From: the human T2T-CHM13v2.0 reference genome, Homo sapiens
Assembly (NCBI RefSeq): GCF_009914755.1
Contig: NC_060927.1
Strand: one strand, 5' to 3'
Length of the DNA: 64,000 nucleotides
The notes under the pieces are model-generated. The model had not been told where the DNA came from, made no database searches, and saw nothing but the letters and a program-made list of their open reading frames with translations. The translations under genes were made by a program, and so were the position numbers. The first letter of the stretch is position 1, and each line of letters starts with the position of its first letter. This document shows, one piece after another, positions 34,691-48,895 of the stretch.

Positions 34691-36284
34691 AATGTTCAAA
34701 CACCACTAACTCAAAAAAAAAAAAAAAAAGAGAGAGAGAGAGAGAAAGAGCAAGATTTTCAATTCTGAGTTAGCATCTTTGGACTTGGTATAAAGTTATT
34801 TAACTCTAAGAATCTTGTTTACCTCTCTTAAAATGAATTTTAAAATGGAATTTATTATCACTATCCAAGATTTTGTCACAGGATTTAACGGAATTCTGCA
34901 TAACAAAGGCCTTCCAATGAGTGGGACTTTAATAAATTTAATCAAAGTAATTCCTTCCCCTCTCAACTTTTAACATGCTATCGCAAAAGTACACTGATAG
35001 CTATGGGAAGGAATGCTAGGTATATCTCACGTAAGGAAATAAAAGTGCTCTCACTATTCCGCCATGTGAAAAAATGTGGAGATTCTAAAAGGCGTCTGGC
35101 CTGAGAAAACAAAGTTCAATACATCGTTCAATAAATCAATAGATTTATTTCATTTTCCAGTAAATTACTGCCAATCTGTTCAGCAGTAGCCAATCAGGAG
35201 GCAAAAGGGAGGGCTTGGCTACAAGATTGAACAGATTAAGAAGTCCTGGCCGAGAATATCAATTTGATTCACAGACCCACATTAATGTATCAACTTAATT
35301 CATGGATTAGCATTGATCTATAAACGAGCAAAAACTTCATGAATTTGTTTGGATCAAAATCTTCAGTTCCAAGAAAAGTTTGCTCTTTTTTGCATGTTAA
35401 CCTCATGCATTGACTCTTACCTTCAGGGACATTTCTAAATAATGATGGGTTAACGTGGCAAAAGCCATTTATTGATTGATTGATTTAATCAACGAATATT
35501 TTTAAGCATTGATTTTGTGTTAAATCACAATTCAAATTTCATTTGGAGATACAAGCCATTATTAAGGCATAACTTAAAAATGCCATTTTCAATTTGCCCT
35601 GTAGGTGAATCACATCAGCTTTTTTGTGGTTTTCCATTTGAATAAAACTTACAAGTTGATGTATACTTGGAGCCTCATATACATTTTGAAAGGTTGTTTG
35701 ATACTTCTTTGTGAAAGGTAGCACAAATATTATTACAATTTCATAGAGAACTGACTTGCAAATATATACGTTCTTAACATACATGTTTTTACTTCTATAT
35801 TTAACTAGAACCAAAGTCTTTTTATTTGAATCCATAATTGTGTCAACTAATATATATTCAGAAACAAATAAAAAAATAGAAGCCTTAAAAATAAATACTA
35901 CAAAAAATCTTGTGTATATATATATATATATATAATCTTAATTTTATTTTTAAATGAGGCAAGGGATAGTGTTAGTATATATTGCAAAATTGGGATAGCC
36001 TCTTAGCCTCAATGAAGCTAATTATATGTTTCAAAAGTTTTGTCTTGTTTTGGGTAGACAGCAAAGGCACATTAAACCAAACTTAGTCTCTTCTTAACAT
36101 TATGATTCCTGTGAGAACTATGGAGTTATTGGACTATATAATGGCTAATTTATGAATCTCTGTATAAGCCTCATATCCCCAGTTACCTCCAAATAACCAG
36201 GGTGTCTCTGGCTAATCAAAATGCTTAGTAATGAAGAGATCCCATTAGTGACAGCTCATACCTAATTATTACAATGACTGTGAG

Positions 36285-36478
36285 AGTGGTATAGTTGTAA
36301 GGCTCTGGAGTCGGACTATTGGGTTAATTCTACCACTCTGTTTCTTATTAGTTGTGAACTATGGGCAGTTAATTTATTATTTCATGACTTCAGTTTTATG
36401 TCTATATAATAGGATTTACGATAGTGCTTACCTCATATAATTATTTTCGGGATTACATGAGATAATGGATGTGAAATG
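36285..36478 (+). mobile_element. MIR
   Basis: ggctctggagtcggac..ttcagtttt..tacctcat..gattacatgagataat. Confidence 0.7.
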
Positions 36479-37453
36479 AAAAGTCAGAAAACTCTGATAT
36501 TAAGTCCAGCACTTACTTTTGAGTAAAGTTAAAAGGGTAAACTCCCACATGAGCTGGGTTTGGTCTAACATTCTTTTTCTTTAAACTTGTTATTTTGAGA
36601 TAAATTTATACTTACAGAAAAGTTCCAAAAATAATATAGAGCTTTTGTGTACCCTTCACCCACTTTCCTATCATGTTCGTATCTTGCATAGCCATAGTAT
36701 AGTTATGCAAACTGAAAAAACATTGGAATATTATTAACAATAATCTTTCTTAGAAGTTGCACTGTGTTTACTTGTTATGTCTTCTTAGCGTTCTCCAAAC
36801 TGTGACCATTTCTCAGTCTTGTCTTTTATGACTGACACTTTTACAGAGAACAGATAAGTTATTTTACTGAATTACCCTCAGTTTAGTGTTGTCATGATTA
36901 GATTGAGGGTATGCATTATTATGATGAATACCACAGACATGATAGGCTTTTCTGAGTGCATTGTATCAGTGGCTACGTTGTGTTGGTATGTCTCACTCCT
37001 GGTAATGTTAACCTTGATTACTTGGTTAAGGTAAAATCTGACATAATTCATGACTGAGCTCCAATTTTTCCCATTGTAATAAATAAATATTGGGATGAGA
37101 TATTTTGAGACTACAAATATCCTCTTTTTTCTTACACTTTTATGTATTTAATTTTAGTATTCATTGGTGGATCTTGACTGAAGCAATTAGTAGTTATCAT
37201 TATAGTGTTCTAATGGTTAATGTTGATTTTCTTTTTTCACATTTTGTCTACATTTAATACTTGAAATTATACCTCAGGATGAGCTGTTCCTTCTTATTTA
37301 TGTATTCATTTACAAAAGTATAAGCTGATGGATTTTTTTCCTTTGGCTATAATCTCATTCTATCATATATGTTCCCCTCAAATGACTTCAAGTTTGGCCA
37401 TTGGAAACTCTTTCAGGCTTACTCTTGTGCTTGGTTTTGTTTGACATACCCCA

Positions 37454-37673
37454 TTTCCTCCTTCCCTCCCTTCCTACTTCCTTCCTTCCTTCTTCCTTCC
37501 CTTTTTCCTTCCCTCCCTCCTTCTTTCCTTCCTTTCTTCCTTTCCTCCCTCCCTCCTTCCTTCTTTCCTTCCCTCCTTCCTTCCTTCCCTCTTTCCTTCC
37601 TTCCTCCTTCCTTCCTCTCTCTCTGCCTCCCTCCCAACCTCTCTCCTCCTTGTCTTCTTTCTTTTTTTCCTTC
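37454..37673. repeat. Polypyrimidine (CCTT/CCCT/CTTT)n tract
   Basis: About 220 bp with only 5 purines. 37477-37624 is pure pyrimidine. Confidence 0.97.
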
Positions 37674-37869
37674 ATAATTGTTTCCTGGCATCTAAAGATG
37701 CTCTAAACTCATCTTGGCTTTTTCCCACCCCAATCCTAGAATCAATTACTTCTGAAATAATCTCTTGCTCCGTTGTTAAAGAATGATATGTATAATCCAA
37801 GATCCAGTTACTAAGTATACTCTTCAATAATGGGGTGTCACTGCTTCTAAACTCACTCATTGGACACAG

Positions 37870-37872
<3 letters not shown>

Positions 37873-37940
<68 letters not shown>
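37873..37940. repeat. Compound microsatellite (TA)24(CA)10
   Basis: Counted directly. Confidence 0.97.
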
Positions 37941-40900
37941 TATGCATACTAAGTATACACAAAGAGCTATATTTATTTATAAATCTATGTGCTTTTATAT
38001 GTTTTTAAGAAAATATTAGTTTATACTCATACATCTGATTCTTATGTAGTGCCAGAAGATCCATTCTAGCCGTTCCCCTTTCTTATAACTTCTTTTTTCT
38101 GACAATGAGAAGCCTAGGTCTCATTATCTACAGTATATTTGCTCCTATGCTCACTCAATTCTAGTATAGCTCAGAATTGCTAACTCATACACCCGTGAAA
38201 AGAAATTCACCGTGTAGTGCTCAGTGTTGACATGCAGTTCTTTTTTTCTCTTAAGCTTTACAGCATCCAGTCAAAACACTGTTTTCCAAAGTTAATTAGA
38301 CCATCTTTCTTCTTCATGGTTATGGTTATGCAATAGTTTCTGTATGGTTTTTTGGTATGGTCATGCAATAGTTCTGTATATGTCAAGATTTATTTGTCAC
38401 AGTCCATCTTAGGTTCCCCCTCACATATAGGTTGATTTTTTAATGTACATATATTAAAATTCAATATTTGTGATGTAAATGTTTATGAGTTTCAACAAAA
38501 GCACCATAACTGTCCTATAAAAATAAAGTTCCATATCCTGCAGAATTTCCTTAAGTACTTCCTTCCTAGTCAATCCAACAATTAGAAACAACTGGCAACA
38601 CTGACCTGTTTCTCATCCTTATGGTTTTGTTTCATTTTCCAGAATGTTATATAAATAGAATGATATAATATGTAACATTTTGGGTCTGTCTTCTTTCATT
38701 TAGCAAAAAGCATCTAGGATTCATCCATGTTGTTATATGAATGAATATTTTATTCCTTTTTAGTGATGGATAGTATACCATTGTGTGGATATATCACAGT
38801 TGGTTCAGTTTGTACAGATATCCCAGTTTGCCAACATTTATATTAAAGCATTTAACATATGGATCATCATAATTTTAAATTCCCTCATGAATAGTTCCAG
38901 CCTGTGTTTGAATCTAAATCTAATTCACACCTGAGACTGTTGTTCTTTTCTTGTCTTTTTGTATGCCTCATAAATATCGTTGAATAGCAGAAATAAAATC
39001 TTATGTAGAATAGTAGAGACTGAGAGAAAGGGTTATCAGCTCTGAAAATAGGCATACTTTTTAGTATGAGATTTCAAGTAAATCTGGTTAGGAATTGAGC
39101 TAGTTTTTGGTAGGCTGCTTTTACGTTTGCAAACTGTTAACCACCAGATTCAACTCCCTTTAGTAATAACTCATGTTTAATGTTGGGGCTGGTTTGACAA
39201 ATGTCAGCTCCAATCTCAGCTACAGGTCTTCTCTGTGCTGTTCCTCAGAGAGCATCTTTTCCCAAGCTCTTAGCCTTCACCTTCCTCTCTCTGTCCCATC
39301 TGTATTCTGATGTTATTTGTTACTGCATGCTTGCTATGTGAGAGTTGAAAGGTAATGATGGGAAAGTGTTTTCTCTTTTTCTGTTTAAGAGAATAGAGAC
39401 CCCTTTCTTTTTGTTCTTGGACAGATATAGTGTCCTTTGGGCATGGAGGTGTGGTCCATTTCTGTATTTCTCCTTCTCCTCTGGCTGTCCTTCTGAGTTC
39501 AGTTCTCATTTCTGACTCTCCACCGGAGATAGGTTTATCTTTTTCCTGCCCTAACTACAATGAGTTTTTATAAGCATGACAAAGATTATAGTACTTAGAT
39601 TAAGGTATTCTTTTTATAAGAGAAATAAAGAAAACCAATTTCAGTTGAGGGTTAAGTGGAGGTTCCCATCCCCCAGATATGTACTACAAAAGGTGATTTA
39701 TTAAGACTCTATCCAGTCTTTTCTCTAAACATCAGCTGGGATTCATGAAGAAAGAGCCTACAAAACGGTGCAGACTCCCCAAATGTTGTGGTCACCAGAT
39801 GTCCCCCTGGCTTCTGCAAACTTTGCTTGTAATAATTAACCAACCACTTTAGCAAAATTCTTCTCACCACTATCTGCTTACACTGACCTTACATAAGACA
39901 TTGTTTGGGTCTCTGGTAAGCACCAGTCTTTCCCTAGATCTTGACTGCCCTGTAACCTCAGCTATCTGATAGTTATAAGAAAAGTTATAAACTTGTAGTT
40001 TATCCAGCATTTCCATTGTTTTAAAGGTGGGAGCATTGTCTTTTTACTACTCTACATCCCTAAGTATAAACTATAAGTTCCTCATATTCTTTGAATGTTA
40101 ACTTTCTGATAGAGTTTAGGTAAGAAGTGATTTCTAATTAACTGAATTATAATCATTTGAGGGTCACCTGGTACAAAAATAGTATATGATAACACATGGA
40201 TTTTATGTCATCTCTTTTCAACCAGCATGGATTCTCCATCAAGATATCTCCTCTTTGAAGGGAGAGAGCTGAGAGAATGGGTAAGAAAGGTTAATTTATG
40301 CACTCTATGTGATCCAACTTTATAAAGGAATTCTTTGGAGAATCACAGAATCTTGATACTTTTATGATATGGGCATAAGTCCAAAATTCAAGTTATTAAA
40401 AACTAGAAGGCTTCTGTATCTCCCTTCTTGGCCTTTGAATCCAGTAAGTTACATCTTCAGTAGCTGTGTACCCCTGGGGTTCAGAGTCCAACTGTACACA
40501 CAAGGCAGCAAGAAGACAGACTCACACAACAGATGAGAATCCTACTCTAAAGACATAACAGAATGTCTAGCACATGCTGAGGTTTTGGAGATTATTAGAG
40601 AGTAGTATTATCAGGATGGCAGTTGTCTTTGCCTGTTATGGCTTTCTCCTCTATTAGATCTCTAACTCCTTGATAAAAAGAGACTGAATCTTAATTACTT
40701 TTGCATCCAAAATTCCAAGCCAATGCCTTGTACATAGTAAGCCAAGGATAAATATTGGTTAACTGCATTACACAAACAATAAATGATTCTCATGCTCAAT
40801 CATGTTTGCCTCATCATCCCTTCTGAAATATTCATGAAGGCAGAGATCTGTCTTATTCATTATTCTTATTCAATGTTTAATATTACATCTAGAAAATTAT

Positions 40901-41779
40901 TGATACTTAATAAATGTTGCTTTTTGGAAACAGTCTCTTTTGACAAGTTTCTTCGACTTATACACCTTTTATGTGCCAAAAAATGGTTGCTCCAATATTT
41001 AAGCCAGGATGGTATTCTAGATTCATCACCAATGAAAAAAAAATGCAACTCTCATATTTGTTTGGTAGTGAAATGGGTCTTTATTTCTTTAACAATGTGT
41101 TATCTCTGTAGACAGAATTACTTGTTATGAAACATATATATTGCCTTAGGATGGCTCACCCAAGAAGGAAGAACTCTACAAGGCTGCATAACAGGATTCT
41201 CAGAAAGAAGTCGTTTACAGATTTCAAGTATGCAGCTATATATCCTCATTAAATGTAATGTTGGCAGTAGTCAGTTCTACTTCACTGAACTTTTCCCACA
41301 ATCCAATTTGAAAAGCTCATAAGAATAATTGATACCTAACTCACTGGAGAGAGATATTAGAAAAGTTGAAGAATGTAGCATTTATTTTAGATGAGTTTAT
41401 GACCTAGTGGAAAGAACAAGGAATATACCCTTGAAATGATGTTAGAAGTAAAGTTCCATGGACCGAACAGAAACAAAGTTTGAACTGTATTGAAAAATGC
41501 TCAAATGTCTCAAATTTTGATAGTGAGTGGTAAATTGACGCAAACTTTTGACAACCTAGAAACAAAAAACACAAGCAAATATGGAAGTACAAGATACGTG
41601 AAATCATTTTATGAGTTATGAGATTTTTGATAATGTTTTTCTTTCTTTTGATATTTGTTTAACAAATGATGCAATAGATATTTTACTTTTGAGGGGACAT
41701 AGTATCAAGGATTCATACATTTCAGGATAAACAATTTCCCAAATCAAAGGCATTTGGGAATAGATTAAAAGCATTATTA

Positions 41780-41990
41780 TTTTATCAAGCAATTACTCTA
41801 TGGCAGGTATTTTCCTATGTTCTTTGTCATTATCATTCTATTTAGTTGTCATAACACTGTAAATTGAAACATTTATTATCATGATTTTAGAGATGAGAAA
41901 ACTGAGGCATGGAGAAGTTAAACAAGCAAGTAAGGGATCCATGATTTGCACATGACAATCTGAATCTAGTGTCCCTATTTCTAACTATAA
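41780..41990 (-). mobile_element. MIR
   Basis: attttagagatgagaaaactgaggcatggagaagttaa is a MIR core. Confidence 0.7.
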
Positions 41991-43762
41991 CAGTAGAAAG
42001 GTTACCCTAGTTCACCCCCAGCATTTGGTGGATGGTGGCAGATGACAGGAACCAGAAATCTGTATTTGGGAATTTTAAGAGAACTGACTCCTAAAGAAAA
42101 GAAGGGAGAGGAACAGGTGCAGAATTTATGTAAATATTATAAAGAGTGGAAGATACCAACTCACGGCAAATGAGACTTTTTGAGCATAGGCCAGCTGTAA
42201 CAATTCAGAGGTAGGAGGCAGGAGGATCCTGTGAGATCCTCTAGCCCAATAGGTATAGAAATTCAGGCTTTTACTGGTAAAAGTATTTTGGAAGATTTCA
42301 CTACTTTGGGGTGTAGAGACAATTTGCTAGATCCCAGCTAGCTCCTTTTGTAGCTTCTTGGATTCAGACATGCTGTGAGGTATGGGAGGTGGCTGATTAT
42401 CAAAAACAAAATAAAAACAAGCTTTTAAAATCAGACATAAGAATTCAGAAATAAAGTTTGTGCAACTGAAAATTACGGTTATGTTATTCACACATCATAT
42501 TGTTTCAAATTTAATATTGATTTGATACAATCTCTTACTTACTGTATCCACCTAAATAAAACCTTTGAAAAAAAAAGTGGTGGCCAATTAATTAAAGAGT
42601 CTGGGGTTATGATTTCAAAAGAGACATGCTCTTGAATCACACAGCTGAAAGTGAAAATGCAACTTGATAAATACTTAATACGATTATTTAACTAAATAGA
42701 TAAGCAGAGTTGGTAACAAAGAATGCAGCTATTTGGAGACTTAAGTAAAAAGAATTGGATGCCTAACTTGTTTTCATTTTTTGAAACCCATGTCAGACCT
42801 TTTTTTCACTGTAAATGTGCTTGCTTTTATGTACTACTTTAAGCCTTCCTTAAAATCTGCAGGAAAAAATTAGCTTCAGTCTTTTATTTGCTATGTATCA
42901 TGGAACCTCATTACTATATACCTGGCATTCTGACAGAAGCTAAAGAAAATTAGTCCCAGTAGTTTAGCAATGCTTTCATAGATGAGGTCACACTGAAATG
43001 TTCCTTCCATCAGCCTGATTCTCCTTGCATTCCAAAGGGAGAACAATGCAATCTATTTGTGGCTGCATAAACTGTGTGACACATTGCAATGAAAGAATTC
43101 CCTGCTCCTTGCAGAACAAGCCTGGGAGTAGCTTATTCTATGGAGTTGGGGGACATAATTATCTCACTATGTTTTTGTTTATGAAAATATTTTTTATGAA
43201 GAGATAATTCCCCTATGGAACAGCTCCTAAAGAAAGTGCTTGATTCATTCCTATTGATAAAACTGTCTTATTTTATTTTCTGCATGAGGTTATAGCATTA
43301 CATCAAGCCTCATGTTTTATGACTAATTTGTAGCTGTTTGAATAAAATACTGCTAAACTTAGTATTTTTTTCCTGATCAACCTTTCTCAGCTTTTTAAAT
43401 CCATCAAATTAAAAGTGATCAAGAAGGTGTAAATAATTATGTATTCTTATATTTATTTAACCTGAATCTTTTATTGGAAGTGAGACCACATGCCTGGAAT
43501 TTCACACATTTTCCACTTTCACAGATGAACCTTTCAGAGAATCTTAGCCTGGAACTAAATAATGAACTGCACTGGAGATGAGAAATCCTTGAAAATATAT
43601 TGGAGAATAGCCAGTCAATGCAAAGGGTCAAAGACAAGGAGTCCAACAGCTCCAGTCCTGGGAACAAACTTGGCTTTTCCTAGTTATGGAATTTTAGGCA
43701 AGGGAAGTTTGCTGACACTCATTTCCCTTTACTGGAAAGAAAAAAAAAAGAGGCATGGATGT

Positions 43763-44138
43763 TGTATTAGTCAGCTCAAAGCTCAAGCTGCTACAATGAA
43801 ATACCCTATACTGGGTGGCTTAAACAACAGGAACTAATTTTCGCACAGTTCTGGAGGCTGGAAAGTCCAAGATTAAGGTGCCAGCTAATTTGACTCCCTG
43901 GTGAGTGCTTTCTTCCAGGATTGCAGATGGCTGCTTCTTGCTGTGTCCTCACAGGGTAGAGAGAGCACTGGTGTTTTTGTCCTCTTATGAGGTACTAATC
44001 TCATCATTATGTCTCTACCCTCACGACTTTATCGAAACCTAGTTATCTCCCAAAGTCTCATCTCCAAATACCATCATGTTGGAGGTTAAGGATTCAACAT
44101 ATGAACTTGGGGGAGGGAGCACAACTTAGTGCGTAAAA
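43763..44138 (-). mobile_element. MLT1A0-like solo LTR (inserted in a MIR-like element)
   Basis: tgtattagtcagctc..ctgggtggcttaaacaacag..cacagttctggaggctggaaagtccaagattaaggtgccagc..ttcaacatatgaa. The flanks are gatgt/gctgt. Confidence 0.85.
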
Positions 44139-44359
44139 GCTGTTTATATCAAATGAGGTTATGATTAAAATTTCAAAATACTATAAATTGTTGAATTATC
44201 ATTATTATTGCTTTATCTTGTCCAATTGTTATTCCTTGTGCTTTATTGAAGTAGAAATGTCAAAGTGATTCACACATCCTATGATTATGACCACAAACTT
44301 GAACCCAACATTGTTATAGGTTCTAGAGAAACAGCAATAATCTTTCATTCAGCTCCAAT

Positions 44360-44970
44360 ACTTGACATAATATGTGAAGTACCTTCAACTGTTAAAAATA
44401 AAGGAAAAAAGTAAGAAAAGAATGAATAATAAAGGAGGATGCCATTTTGCATTGGATAGACAGGAAAGACCTCTCCATTTGCAAAGACATCACAAATAAG
44501 AGAGGGAGTGAGCCAACTAATGGAAGAGTTTGACAGCAGAGGGAATAACAAGCACAAAGGCACTGAGTCAGGGGCATGTTTGCAGGTTTCAGGAAGAACA
44601 AGGAATTCACTGTATATGGAGCAAGATAAGTAGCTGTAACTTGGTAGAAGATAAGGTCAAAAAGTTAGCCAGAAGCAGGATGACATAAGAGCTTATGGCC
44701 ACATTAAAGAGTTGGAATTTTATTCTGGAGAGATGTGAAGCATTGGAGAATTTTTGAGCAGAGGAATGACATTATCTGACAATAATCTCTCCATCTATCT
44801 TGTAGAGAAGAGACTTCAAAGGGGCAAGGATCAAAACAATTATAGGTAAAAGGACCAAAAACAGATGATGAAAATAGTGGCAAAGATAGTGACAAAAAAA
44901 AGTAATCAGAATATATTCTGGAGGCAGAGCCGATATTATCTCCTAAAAGACTGCACTGTGGGCCATGAAA
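44360..44970 (-). mobile_element. L2 fragment
   Basis: cagagggaataacaagcacaaaggcactgag and gcattggagaatttttgagcagaggaatgacattatctgac. Confidence 0.7.
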
Positions 44971-45439
44971 GTACTTACAATGTAAGTGGTGAACTTACAT
45001 CATTGCCTATAAAACTTATAAGTGAATAATCTGAAATGACTTTCCCAACCCATACCGTATCACTCTACAGAGAAGTGTTTGTCCTAAGATATATACTGTG
45101 TTTAGTTTTTTTCTATTTACTTGAGTTTTTATTTGACTTGAACTTTTTTTTAAATTTTACTTTTATATTATTTTATTTTAATGTTTTAGGATCTTAGGTC
45201 TAGATAATTGAAATAATTATATACTTTTGTTCCTGGAACATCATTATCACTAAGGCAGGCAAGCCCTATTTAACTTAGTTATTTAATTTAATTTTCTAGC
45301 CTTTTAATCTGTGATCCCTATTCTCCTTTTCACCTTTTCTCTATAGTACCCAAAACAATAAATCTGATTTTTTTCTTGTATATTTATCTTTGAAAAATCT
45401 GTGGTAGCATTTGTAAATCTATGCTTAAACTTTTCCACA

Positions 45440-46110
45440 AAGGCATAAATCAAGAAGTTCTTTGAAACTAATGAGAACAAATCTACAACATATGAGAATC
45501 TCTGGGATACGGCTAATGCAGTGTTAAGAGGGAAATTTATAGCACTGAATGCCCACATCAAAAAGTTAAAAGATCTCAAGTTAACAACCTAACATCAAAG
45601 CTAAAAGAACTAGAGAACCAAGAGCAAACAAATCCCAAAACTAGCAGAAGACAAGAAATAACCAAAATCAGAGCTGAGCTGAAGGAGATAGAGACACAAA
45701 AATTCATTCAAAAGATCAACAAATTCAGAAGCTGGCTTTTTAAAAAACATTAATAAAATACATAGACCACTAGCTAGACTAATAAAGAAAAAAAGATAGA
45801 AGATTTAAATAAACACATCAGAAATGATAAGGGGGACATTACCACTGACCCCACAAAGATACAACTATCCATCAGAGAATGTTATAAACACCTCTATGCA
45901 CATAAGCTAGAAAATCTAGAAGAAATAGATAAATTTCTGGACACATACACCCTCCCAAGACTGGATCAGGAAGAAATTGAATCCCTGAACAGACCGATAA
46001 TGAATTCTGAAATTGAGGCAGTAATTAACCACCTACCAACCAAAGAAAGCCCAGGACCAGAGAGATTCACAGCTGAATTCTACCAGATATACAAAGAAGA
46101 GCTGGTCCAT
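45440..46110 (+). mobile_element. Internal L1PA ORF2 fragment without 3' UTR or poly(A)
   Basis: Colinear with 1993-2663 of the window's L1 (ttctttgaaac..tacaaagaagagctggt). It ends abruptly. Confidence 0.9.
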
Positions 46111-46818
46111 CAATCCTACAGATTTGTTTTTTTTATTTGGCTCTTGTCTCCTCAGTATGTTCTTAAGAATTTATTTATGTTGCTTCATATGCTTTTAGAA
46201 TATTGCTTCCCACTGCTGTGGAGCATTCCATACTGTGCACCAACCTTGTCTAACTTATCCATTCTCTTCATTGTCCCATGTATCTTACATCTAATGCTTC
46301 TAGGAAGAATCTCCTTTTATATGCCTGTTTGTAATCTTGGGCAGCAATTTCTATAGGGCAAATGACCAGTAGTTAGTTTGTGTTTAAATAACATTCATCA
46401 ATATATTCACAATGAATTGTACACAGTTAATAACAATTTCACATTTACAACAGAAAACAATGTTATTTGATAAATTTTTGAAGCTTAAATAAGTAAATGT
46501 GTTTACTTTTTTATTTATATAGGGACAATTTCAAAACCTATAGAATGCTTCGGTACTCAGCTTCAGAAATTAAGAACTGAGAATAAGAATTCTACCTAGA
46601 AAATAATATGAAGATAAACATTCCATTATGAGAACAGAAAAAAAGAATTAAAGATAATCATTCTAAATTTCAGATTAAATCACATTAAGAATCAGATCCA
46701 TTCCTTAGATCAGCGTTTTCTCTCCAGTAGAAAGTTATTAGCCCTAAATCAGAAATTGTCCTCTCAAGACCAGTATTCTTCCAAGTTCATGGAATAAACT
46801 TCCAGTATCTCTTCCTAA

Positions 46819-47143
<325 letters not shown>

Positions 47144-48127
47144 GATATACATTTCTTAATTATATAAGTACCCACAGAAAAAACACTAATGAAATACACT
47201 CATACAACTATGCCAGAACAGATCCTAATAACTCATGCTATATGACACATCATACCTTGACTTCAAAGAAAAAGCTTCATCAATATCCACATACATAAAA
47301 ACAGGCTTTATATTTTTTATAGTTAAAAACCAAGTTGCTAAATGTCATGTATACCATGTAGCATATCAACACTGCAGACGCACCATGATTCTGCGTAGCT
47401 CATAATTTGCTGCTGTGTTCCTAAATAATAGATATAGCCTTCTTCCTAAAGTTTTCTATGTGTGTTTGCTCATAGCAAGTTAAGGGCACAGACCCCTCCC
47501 CTGCAACCCAAATCCTTGACAATCCCCTGAATCTTCTTCAGTATGGGCCACAAAGATGCCACGCTTGAGGTTATCCAGGACACTAAGCCAAATGGCCAAA
47601 AAAACTGATTTTACTGGACACCCCTGCCCTCATGCTAGTCACATAGATTTTTAAGGGAAAATGAGATAATGGATGTTGGTGATGAAGATATTGATGCAGG
47701 TGGATACAAATAGAAATGTTGATCCAGCAAATGGAGGGGCCGTCAGAGGAGGCCTGAGAGTGGGTAAAGTCCTTCATCTCTGATGTTAAACATCTTCAGA
47801 CCTCTCCAGCCAAAGAAAAGCATATGGCATTAATATTTGGACACAACAGTTAACTGTCAGGATTTAGACTTAATGTCTTTCTGCTAGTTCTGTGGTCAAC
47901 GCAGTGGAAAATAGATTTTAAGAATTAGAATGAAATTTGAAACAAAGATTCTAAAATACTAAAATACTGGCTGGCTTTAGCTGAGCGGAATTAGCTGCTT
48001 CCAGATTTGCTGTGTTGCACGGTGACGGGGAACCTAACAGTGGTTAGGAGGGTACATTCTAGGGCCAGATTACCTGGGTTTAAATTGTGGCTACGTCACT
48101 TACTAGTGCCATGTCCTCAGGCAAATT

Positions 48128-48438
48128 TCTTTTCTTTTTACATTATTTTAACATTTATTGTAGATTAAGGGGCACACACGCAGGTTTGCTACATGGGTAC
48201 ATTGCATGATGCTGAGGCTTGGGGTCCCAATGATCCCACCACCGAAGCAGTGTACATAATACTCAACAGATGGTTCTTCAGCCCACTCCCTGCTCCCTCC
48301 TGCCCCCGTCTAGTGGTTCCCAGTATATTGTTCCCATCTTTATATTCATGTGTACTCAATGTTTAGATTCCACTTATAAGTAAGAACATTTAGTTTTCTG
48401 TTCATGCATTAGTTCACTTAGGATAATATTTTCAGCTT
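48128..48438 (-). mobile_element. L1PA15/16-like 3' end, inserted in a MIR (48035-48500)
   Basis: gcaggtttgctacatgggtacattgcatgatgctgaggcttgggg..cccacttataagtaagaacat..cacttaggataat. Confidence 0.85.
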
Positions 48439-48515
48439 GAAATTGAATAATTTCAATAATGCCTATCTTGGGTTTTTATGAGAATGTAATGAGTTTGTCC
48501 AATACCAGTTCCTCA

Positions 48516-48895
<380 letters not shown>

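Larger units (their letters stand above)
36575..40070 (-). mobile_element. Old L1M (L1MC/L1MD-like) fragments, antisense, containing simple repeats
   Basis: ttattttgagataa..acttacagaaaagtt..tacccttcaccca is an antisense L1MC 3' end. ggattcatccatgttgtt..ccattgtgtggatatatcacagtt. The tract is T-rich. Confidence 0.6.

Noticed and set aside
37369-37962. Overlapping P/S/F/L-rich, E/G/R/K-rich and YI-repeat ORFs
   Set aside because: They are translations of simple repeats.
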